A DNA stretch of 64,000 bases from NCBI GenBank assembly GCA_964016885.1, contig OZ024745.1:44144001-44208000 (forward strand), given 5' to 3'. Under the pieces are notes generated by a model. It made no database searches, was not told the origin of the DNA, and was given only the letters and a program-made list of their open reading frames with translations. Both the position numbers and the translations under genes were made by a program. Each line of letters begins with the position of its first letter. The first letter of the stretch is position 1. Source of the DNA: Eledone cirrhosa (Eukaryota). Positions 54,131 through 64,000 of the stretch are shown one piece after another.

Positions 54131-56259
54131 ATATATATTTTACATTTTATTTATAAGGTTCCTAGTAATAATTAATTGTATTTATTATCTGTGTTTATAT
54201 TTTTATTCTTATGAAATGTCTTTATACGTTTATTCTGTTATAAGTGTTTATTAAGTATTTTATTAAATGGAAACTTTGTAAACGTGCATTCTCAGAAACT
54301 ACATACACATTAATTAAATAATATATTTTTAATAGTGAAAAAAAGAAAATTTTGAATAACACTTAATAATTCCGTGTTTTCGTCTGCCTCTATTCACAAC
54401 ACTAGGTTAGATAACTTGAATACCAAGTTTTACTCGCACTGTGTGTGTGTGTGTGAGTGTATATGTGAGTCAGCGTTTGTGTGAGTGTGTATTTTCCAAG
54501 ACGTAGTTGGAGGAGGAAAAACAACATCCATGATCCTTTTCCAGAGCCAACGTAACTGGATCCAAATTAATTGCATTAGTTAGATCAGTCTCGAAAAACA
54601 ATTTTCGGTCACTTTTCATAGGGGAAAGGAAATATTTAATTTATAAAATGTGTAAAAATGTCCAAGCCTATCTTTCTTTCTTTCTATTTTTCTTTGTTTC
54701 TTCCACTAACTCTCTCGTTATCAAAATAAGATTTTTCTAATTCAGAAATTGAACACTGATCAAATATTATAAACGGGTTCTACTTTTATTATTTGGGATT
54801 ATTGGTTGGATGAATAATAATTTAGACTGGTATAAATAATAATTATAACTTCGAGAAATGTTTACTATGATTTAGTCCCTTTTTCACAGGCAGACAACGA
54901 CATTCTAAATATTATTGTTCTGTTAAGTTAAACTCTCCATACTTACTCATTGATATGAACATTCAGGGATTTCACAATGAATTCTTCATTTGGCACTAAA
55001 CACTGAAACATAAAGTAAAATAATTTTTTTTTTAATGTTTAACAAATAATTAGATGTGTCAACATGTATTGATAGTTATATTGCGATTTTTTATAACTAA
55101 AAGAACGAAAACTGAAATAAATAAACAAGATCGGTGCCCCAGCATGGCCTCAGCCGGATGGCTGAAACAGGTAAAAGAGTAAAAGAGTAAGATATACAAC
55201 TAAACGGGAATGGGTGTGCTTTACTGTCGTCTCACTAGACGCCGGGTCTACGTTGTTTATCTATAATCCATCGCCGTCACCGTCATCCCTATCCCACTGT
55301 TACCAGCGCTTCCTTTGTCTTCTTACATATATCAATATGACCTGCCTTATTTTTCGGGGAAAGCCTTTCTAAGACTTTTTTCTTTTCTTTTCTATTTTTT
55401 ATCTTTTATGTTTAGCCTATATAAATTACACAGAAAACGAAACCAAATAAACACCGGCGTTGCTATCTTATTATTTCGTAAATTTAGCATCTTTGTTCGC
55501 TATAGTGTATCCAATAGCAATTGTGATATTTTTACCTTTGTTTGTGTGAGTTCAGCACGCGTCTTTGTGTGAAATATAACAATATTTTTGTAAATAATTG
55601 CATATATCTATTCAAAAATAGAATTAATTCAAAACGCACCTTCTTTTCCAAACTTTGTTTAAGTGTAGATTGAAATGTGCCCTCCTTTATGCAAGATTGT
55701 TTACGCATGCATCTCAGGAAAATCGCATGTTTTGTACGCGCATTAAGTACGAGTTAGCCCCTCACACTTCCAAGGGAGGTAACTGAATGCTTTTTCTCTT
55801 CCAGTCTCTACTTTCACTTCAATAATATTTCAGTTTAAAGGAAAACAATGTCGTAATATTTTGGAATGCCGGACTAAATACCTTACAATATTCAGTTTTG
55901 CCCTTCTATTTAAACACAACTGAGATTAACTTTCCCTTTCATATCTAAAACAAATATCTAGTGTATACTTTCACCCATACGCCTTCCAATTTTAATATTT
56001 CAGTGTGAAATACAATTTCAATTTAAGAAGATGGAGTATTTATTTACATTATTTTATTCTTTTGCTGGCTTTAGTCATTTGACTGCGGTCATGCTGGGGC
56101 ACTACCTCTAAATATCAACTGTTTTTTTTTGTTTTTTTTTCTGATTTATTTTTTATTGGTGAAATGTTTTCGTTAAATCCAACATATGCTTAAAAACCAT
56201 TATAGACTCAATTTTTATTTCGTGAACATAATTAACAAAGGAAATCATAGCATGTTATA

Positions 56260-57030
56260 CAAAGGTCTCGCAGGACAAAATGGGAATCAGTTACGCCAGA
56301 GAATAAATGAAAAAGCCAATCCACTTTGCTTGACTCGTTCTTGAAACTGGCCATCTTCATCCCAATCAGAATTACTATGTAGATGGTCTGGGGGCCGGAG
56401 GGGTCAAAGGTTTCGATTTAAAAAAAAAGCTATCAGAGAGTAGCCATGCCGCTGGAGAAAGTATCGCTGCAAGTGGCATCCCAGATTAGGGACTTACCGC
56501 ATCAGAAAGGGAAGATTGTGATGCTATCCACTCGGTCTAACCCCGTCGGTTCCAGCTGCGATAGAAAACCAGCAGTGTCCAAACCACATTCAACAATATC
56601 GTTGAGAGTGACATGCTAAGAGAAGCGGCTAGCGCTGAGACAGCCTGGTAATAATAGCAAGTGGAGTCCTAAAACATCTAGTGTAGACCCCACAACGGCA
56701 TTTGTATTGTTCACAGATTCGGAGACCAAGCCTGAATGAAATGTTAATTCAGAGACTGTTGTTGTCCAGCTGAGTATTAGTTGACCGCGAAGATATGACA
56801 TTCGGCCAAGCACCACTATGGGGCTGAAAGATGAAGCCGAAACACATTAGGTGGTGTTGGTGCAGCAGATGCACAAGGCAAGTCAGAGACCTTGTTACAC
56901 TGGATAGCGTCCAATTTGTGTTGGACTGGTGGAAAGTCCACAGGAAGAAAGTTGAGTCGATAGCAGGTCGGATGAGTTATTTCGCATACGCCGATATAAT
57001 GGATATCTGATTCGATAGTCAATCGGAAAC
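56260..57030 (-). mobile_element. Second, divergent CRE-clade element fragment
   Basis: Minus strand with frameshifts: SGAWPNVISSRSTNTQLDNNSL*INISFRLGLRICEQYKCRCG...LGLHLL...HVTLNDIV...LEPTGLDRVD...GKSLIWDATCSDTFS...IETF. Confidence 0.85.
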
Positions 57031-57404
57031 CTGTTGGTTACTATAAACAATGGCTTAGAAAATCAGGTAAAATACCCCTGTAGACTTTTTTTCTGTTTTT
57101 AGGGATATTTAACCGATTTTCTAAGCTATTATTTGTGGCAACTAACTGTGTTTACAATTATTTAATGTGTCTGATTTCCCTACATTTTCTATGAACTTCA
57201 TAAACCCTCTACGTTTCGTAAGTTCGATACTTTGCATACAATATTGTTTAATAAGATTATTTTGTCTGCCAGCGGGATAATGTGTGTTTGAACAGGCATG
57301 GATGTTTGTATGTAAAATTGAGTTTCATTGATGCAAAACGTTTCATATTCATATATATTGTGGTAGTTGGTTAGTAAGGAAAGAAGTTTATAAGATGAAG
57401 AAAA

Positions 57405-58265
57405 TGGCAAAACCGCGATATCAGAGTTGCGGTGACACAGGAGGAACTTAGTTACAGTCTGGCTGGACTACGCAAAAGTATTCGATTCTGTTCTCCACTC
57501 TTGGATGCTAAATGTTCTTCGACCTGCTAAAGTCCCAGATACCATTATCAGAGCCACAGAAACCCTCTCTTCTTCCTGAGTCACTATGCTGAAGTTAAAT
57601 ATAGAGAAGGGGACTGTATTGGCACCGATAAAATAGAATATCGCAAGTGTATATTTCAAGGTGACAGTCTCTCTGTGATGCTATTTATATTATCAATAAA
57701 GTCTTGTCCTTTATGCTTAGGAAATATGAAGGATATGTAATTGGTTTACAGGAAGCCGAAAACACTAACCTCACACATAGCGTCTTTGTGGATGACCTGA
57801 AACTTTATGCCAAGAATATAAATGGTATGAAGAAAAACCTTGACCTCCTTACGACGTTCTCGAAAAATATAGGAATAAAGATAAATGATCCTATATGATT
57901 GTAAAGCGAGGAAAAACTACAAGCCAATCTAGCAACATCTCTATCAATGGTACCTGACGCGAACTGTTACATATACTTAGGAATAGATGAAAATATTTCC
58001 CATGAATGTATTTGTAACAATGAACGAGTAACCAGGGAATATAACATCCGAATAAAAGAAAAATATGGTCTTCTGAACTCTCTGTGCACAATAAATCTGT
58101 AGCCCACAATGTGTGTGTTCTGCTTGTGCTAACACCAACATTTGGACTACTTGGACGCTGGATGAGATCCAAGTCATTGATGTTAAAACCCGAAAAGTTC
58201 TAACCGACACCGGAAATTTTCACACTAACAGTGTTCTTGATAGCAGGTGTGGAGGAAGGCTTCTT
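57405..58265 (+). mobile_element. R4/Dong-like RT-domain fragment (old, frameshifted)
   Basis: RRNLVTVWLDYAKVFDSVLHSWM...FQGDSLSVMLFIL...LTHSVFVDDLKLYAKN...TYTYLGI...WTLDEIQVIDVKTRKVLTDTGNFHTNS. Confidence 0.88.
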
Positions 58266-58429
58266 ATTACGAAATCAGCGGATGGTCTGGCAGAACACTT
58301 TATTTGCTGATCCGAAGTCCGTTTCCAGCTTAACCCCAATATATTTTCGCTGCTAGAAATAAAATGCATAATTTGGATCCATTGGAGTATGGTCTTGAAA
58401 TCTGTATATTATATGGCTGTTGTTGAATT

Positions 58430-58730
58430 TATTCTTTCATTTAAAGTCATATCAAAATATAGAGGTTGAATGTATTTTAGCTCTGCCGAGTTTGTCTGAT
58501 TTTGAATGTATTCTCCGTTAAACTTATATAGTTATTTTCAATACCATCAGTTATGTATTATTTTATCTCTCTGTACTGCTGTCCCTGTCTGGCATTTTCC
58601 ATTGAGTCTGTGGGATGTAATGTTGCTGCAATTGTATTTTGGGAATTAATTTGGTGTATTCCTACTTCTATTATTTTGATTATGGTGGGATATTTAAGGA
58701 GTGGTATTCTCCAAGCAACTATAGCTAACT
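58430..58730 (-). mobile_element. Possible Penelope-like RT remnant
   Basis: Only a short motif (IENNY.KFNGEY.Q) on the minus strand; heavily decayed. Confidence 0.25.
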
Positions 58731-59752
58731 TTTATGTTATTCTTATGGAAGTACGAGTTGAAAAATCGTTTTTTAATCAGTGACAGAAATATGTTAACTG
58801 TATTAAATACTAGACTTATACCAACATGGACGGGGTAGACCGACGGATATGTATTTTCATATTTTTACTATTTTATAAGGATTGTTCCACATATTCTAAC
58901 TTTTCTTTGAAACCACTTCTTTTCAATACACCATTGTACTGGGGTGCAGCGTAATTGATTATGTCTTTATCAAAGGAAAGATTCAATATTTTTATACCTT
59001 TTATGATTACTATATTTCCTGCTTTTTAGGATTACTTTATTTCACATTGCTCCTTCTCTCTGAAGTTGCGACTGACAAATAATATCGGCAATATGGAAAG
59101 ACTAATGGGAACATAATTTCGTCGGTCCGATCGAACGATCGTCTTTGTCTCTTTTCGTTTTTTTTTTGGATGGGTGGAAGATACATTCGATATTTTTCTA
59201 CTTTTTATGAACCCGGGTGGATGGTTAGAGTTTTATTTATACTTTGTCTTCATTAGGCATTCGGTTAGTATGTGTGTTTTTGTGCGCGCGCGTGAGCACG
59301 TGTGTGGGTGTATGGGTGGGCGATGTATTCTGTTATGAGTGTCCAACAGCTAAAGTAAAAATGAACTACTACATGTAAATGTACATTAAAAGGGAATAAA
59401 GTAAATTGATGCAGACTTGAAAAGATATATTTGGTAAAATATATATTAGAAAAGGAGAAAAATCTAGAGTTCATTTGAAGTTTCAAGACCACTATAGATG
59501 ATAGTAGGTAGAGTGTGGTAAGTAGAATTACTAATCCACTTACCTATTTGGTTGCATTCAGGTGTTGTAGTTGAAGTACGTTTTCGAGAACGTCTATTTA
59601 CGAAATGAAATCCGTTTTTTTGTGATGGTTAGAATATAGCTCTTAGCAAATAGGATAACTGGATTTTTCCATGGTGTATAAATTACACGATCTGTTTAAA
59701 GACTTAACTCCATTTTAATGTGGAGTTAACAGCCAACTTTTTAATTAATAAA

Positions 59753-59850
59753 TCTTCTTCTTCTTCTTCTTGAAAGGGTCATGGGGGCAGAGTCCTCAAA
59801 CACTTCTTCCAGCGGGTCCTATCAGAAGCAACCGTGTCCAACTGATTCAT
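59753..59850 (-). mobile_element. Very short 5'-truncated LINE 3' end with (GAA)n tail
   Basis: Minus strand VASDRTRWKKC...(gaa)5, resembling the RTE C-terminal DR..W motif; possible ataaat TSD. Confidence 0.55.
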
Positions 59851-61208
59851 AAATAAATTTAAATATTCAATCATTTATTTTCTCATGGAATTTCTAATAA
59901 TATAGCTATGGTTATCATAGCGTAATTTGAATATGTGTGTAAGTGCATGGGTAAACATGATATAATTTATATCATGTAATGTTTCTTTTCCTATTTCTAT
60001 TAATATGTGTATCAATGTTATATGTAGTAGAATAGTGTAAAATATGTTTTCTTTGAAACTGCTTCTAGCTAATGTGTCATCTTAATATGCTGTAACTTCA
60101 TATAAACATTACTTATTAACAGATAGATCTGAAATTCTAAATGAAATGTTCTTAACTAAATAATTAATTATATTCGTAGAGGTGGTTAGACAGTTTCTTA
60201 ATTTAGTTTATAAATTTAATTCTTTCTAAATAGATATAGAATGAGGTAGAGAGGTCTAAAATAACCTCAAATAAGTTGATTTTGTTCAAGCTGTTTTCAA
60301 TATCAATAAGAAATCCGAATTCATTGAAGAACAAGTATAAGTTTTCCCTGATTCTGTCAGTTACCCTCGCTGACAATTATGTCACAACAATAAAACATCG
60401 GAGCAATTTAGTTTTATGGTTGTTATGTCCCCGTATAACATTCCATCCATCTTATCTGAAATTCACCTAATACCTTTATTTATACGCTTAATTATAAAAC
60501 CTAACATCAACACAACATTTAATGATTCCATAAACCACGAGAATATCTAAACTCTATGCATAATCAACTGAAATGTGTATAGCAACCAGTCTTTCAAACT
60601 TGCTGGATTTCAATGTGTTACATCAATGTTAATGACAATGTTTCTACTATCTATATTGTTGCTACATTTTATATATTCATTAGGTCAACGACCTCTCATT
60701 ACCTATATTGTTTTCCCGACTATTAGTCTCTGATGTTTAACATTTTCTTTTCTACGTTAACATTTTGCGATCTTTAGATAAATTTGTTCCTCCTCTTCTT
60801 CCGCTTCCTTCGTTCTCTTCATCTTTTCTACTTCATATTCAATAGCCTACATTATCCAGCTTTGTTCATTCTTCTTTCTCACTAGTTCTTTAATCTCTCT
60901 GATTATATTTTTCAAACATAATCAGTTTGAACAGAAATTCTCAAATGCAAACTCCACGTATAACCCCCCCCCCTTCTACTTTCTGTCCTTTTCTACCGCC
61001 TCATCTCTTACCCTCTCTGTCTTCAATACGTTTCTTCAAAAAAGTGTCCATAGATTATTTTCATAACTATTCTCTCACATAATCCTATTCTAAATTCACT
61101 TTATAAAATCGTTAGAACAAAATATACTGCAGTTTATCACGAAACTTTAGAATTTATAAATATATAATACGTGTGAATATATGTGCCTATCTCTGTGTGT
61201 CTGTACGT

Positions 61209-61385
61209 GCGGTGGACTGGCAGAATCGGTAGAGCGTCAGAAACCCTGCTTCGCAGCATAGAATTACGTCCCTTTATGGTCTGAGTTCAAATCCCGCCGA
61301 GATTAGCTTTGCCTTTCATCCTTACGGGGTCGATAAAATAAAGTAATTGTTGGCCTTGTGCCAAAAGTAGAAACCACTATTATTG
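61209..61385 (+). mobile_element. tRNA-derived SINE; 3' part of another copy at 62453-62610(-)
   Basis: Box A tggcagaatcgg, box B gagttcaaatcc, core ctttgcctttcatccttacggggtcgataaaataaagta, tail ggccttgtgccaaaagtagaaacc(tat)n. Confidence 0.85.
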
Positions 61386-62836
61386 TGCTCCAGTTGTTTC
61401 TTTCTCTTCCTTTACACCCTCCTTACGCGTGGCCCCCTCCTCCCACATCCATTATTTCTGGCCAGAGTCCAGCCCAACAGTCTACTCTCACCCACTCTAG
61501 TAGTCCTCATCATTAATAGGTTCCTGGGAAATGTGACTTTATGTGAAACGACGTAATGCAAAAGCATTAACATTCACAATATAGAGCAAATTGGTAGAGT
61601 CGTTAGGGCATCGGCTTAAAATTGCTTCGGTATTGGTTCCGGCTTCCCGTGAGAGAATATATAGATTCATGTGAGAGAATGTTTAAAGTTCAAATACCGC
61701 CGAGGTCAACTTTACTTGGATCCAAAGGCATAGCTTGGGCTGACAAATGCCTGCTGGGACTATTAAGAATAAAATAATCCCAAATAATTTTAATTCTTGA
61801 AAGAATATTCCTTTCTTTCAACTTTATAGTGTTGTTTAAACATTAGTTATTGGAGCTAGATAGGCTCATACAATTTAACCCAGTAAAACGAACAAGCAAT
61901 ATCATCAAAATGAACCACGGGTAAAAAAAAAAAAATCGAAACGCTCTGGTATAAAATTTTATGTTTGGAGCCATCGTGTACGTCTTTGATTTATTACTGT
62001 CAAGCCCGAGAAGCATCGATGAGTTAGAGTTATCACTTTATATATAAAGATAACTCTAAATTTCCCAAACACAAGGAACGTTGCCTGTCAGCTCCAATAT
62101 AGTAGACCTATGGTCAAAGCTCTTCCAGCTTTTACTATTCTATCTTTAATTTTTTTCTCCAGATATTTAGAAAGGCAATATCTAATGTGTTGGGTCTTTA
62201 AGATGATAGGGTCTAATTGCAGACAGATTTGGTTGTTATTTCTAGCAGGTAGAATGGTCACGTAGAATCACTTTTGTTACCTGTTAAAAAGAAACAAACA
62301 AAACGAAACAAAAATAAACGATTAACATAGCGTTGTTGGACGGAGAATAAATAAACGATAACCATCTATCTCTTTATTTGATTCTGTGCAGTCTTGAATT
62401 CAGTACTGCGTACTAACAAATAGACATCTTTTATTTAAAATACATTTATATTATAATTGTTTCTTATATAGGCACAATGCCAGCAATTTTGAGGGAGGGG
62501 AAAGTCGATTTAATCGACCTCAGTGCGTGACTGGTACTTTATTTTATCGACCCCGTAAGGATGAAAGGCAAAGTTAACCTCGGCGGGATTTGAGCTCAGA
62601 TCATAAAGGACCGTGACAAAAAAAGGGGAAAAACAAAATTAAGGAGAAATGGGGAGAAAAACAATCTCTGCACTCTTAGTTAGCTGCGAAAAAAAAAAAA
62701 ACAGCCAGCAATACCCGCTGCATCAGCCATTCTAACTCGTGAATCTTCTAACTTAGGTGTGATGCTTTCGTTCCAATGTGGCGGAGGAAAACAGCAGTCC
62801 GAGGACGAAAAACACAAGACGTCTCAATGGTTACTG

Positions 62837-62940
<104 letters not shown>

Positions 62941-63270
62941 ATATATATATATATATAAATAAAGCGGTCAGTCAATGCTTGGTACTTAGTTATCTTCCAC
63001 TCCTATGTGTGGTCATAGTACTCCTGCTGCCTCTAGTGACGATTTCGAGCTAACAATGGAGCCACTGACAAGTCCGTTGATCTGCTAGAAATACTGTCAA
63101 ATCTTCATCAAGTTACATCCCACCATCTTTAAAATATTATACTGGAAATATCACATTGAAGATCACAATAGAGAGTATAGTCCTAGATACACTGAGCCCA
63201 ATAAAATACAAACTGGTCTCGACTGGAACATTTTGTTATCACTTCTACTCAATCCGGTGTGACCAAAGCG

Positions 63271-63850
63271 CAACAACAACAGTGGCAGTTGCAACATCAA
63301 CAACATCAGTGGCAGTTGCAACAACGACAACAACAGCAGTTGCAACAACAACAACAACAGTGTCAGTTGCAACATCAACAACAACAGTGGCAGTTGCAAC
63401 ATCAACAACATCAGTGGCAGTTGCAACAACGACAACAACAGCAGTTGCAACAACAACAACAACAGTGTCAGTTGCAACATCAACAACAACAGTGGCAGTT
63501 GCAACATCAACAACATCAGTGGCAGTTGCAACAACGACAACAACAGCAGTTGCAACAACAACAACAACAGTGTCAGTTGCAACATCAACAACAACAGTGG
63601 CAGTTGCAACATCAACAACATCAGTGGCAGTTGCAACAACAATAACAACAACAAAAACAGCAGCAATTGCAACAACGACAACAACAGCAGCAGCAGTTGC
63701 AACAACCAACCAACCAACCAACCAACCAACCACCACCAACAACAATAACAACCAACAATATCAACCAACGACAATCAACAACAATAACCAACGATAACAA
63801 TAACAGCAGTTGCAACAACAATAACAACAACAACTACAACAGCAATAACA
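63271..63850. repeat. (CAA)-based minisatellite with a 105-bp higher-order unit (~3.5 copies), decaying into simple CAA/CCAA repeats
   Basis: 24-30-nt monomers each contain cagttgcaac; the four-monomer block recurs exactly every 105 bp. Confidence 0.92.
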
Positions 63851-64000
63851 GTAGAACATTATATCACTGGCTAAAATATCAGCTATTTGGTTATCCACGC
63901 TGGCCAGATTTTATAACTAGATACAATATATATCGATTTGGCAGCTTGAACCAAATTACATGATATTAGTGTTAGAGCTATCAATTATTTAAACGCATTT

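Noticed and set aside
59955-59977. 11-bp perfect hairpin acatgatataa-t-ttatatcatgt (also a 9-bp stem at ~59704-59729)
   Set aside because: Short AT-rich palindromes are expected by chance in 64 kb of this composition.
61209-61300. tRNA gene
   Set aside because: Box A and B are present but no cloverleaf is evident, and it runs into a SINE core and tail.

Overview
AT-rich, repeat-dense animal DNA. The repeat repertoire (RTE LINEs with (GAT)n tails, tRNA-derived SINEs, long (TA)n tracts) points to a cephalopod, probably Octopus; this is an inference. The only host protein-coding sequence I can support is the 5' end of a minus-strand gene missed by the ORF track. Its two spliced exons (40498-40406 and 38835-38733) encode an N-terminal SAM domain, preceded by a CLEAR/E-box plus YY1-like promoter and followed by a long CpG-depleted region that is probably intron. 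The rest is mostly transposon debris: RTE, R4/Dong-like and CRE-like non-LTR elements, mariner, piggyBac-like and pogo-like MITEs, SINEs and micro/minisatellites. The most unusual structures are: (i) a nest of four retro-insertions in one (TAA)n tract inside a split SINE, with a 56-bp duplication (19250-21845); (ii) a ~920-bp fold-back palindrome centred on a (TA)n/TACGTA tract (43465-44384); (iii) a sharp CpG-decay boundary inside one CRE element (~53840), next to an orphan CpG-rich promoter-like island (48.4-50.3 kb). I found no CRISPR array, rRNA or bona fide tRNA, and no clearly novel multi-gene system. Coordinates of degenerate repeats are approximate.
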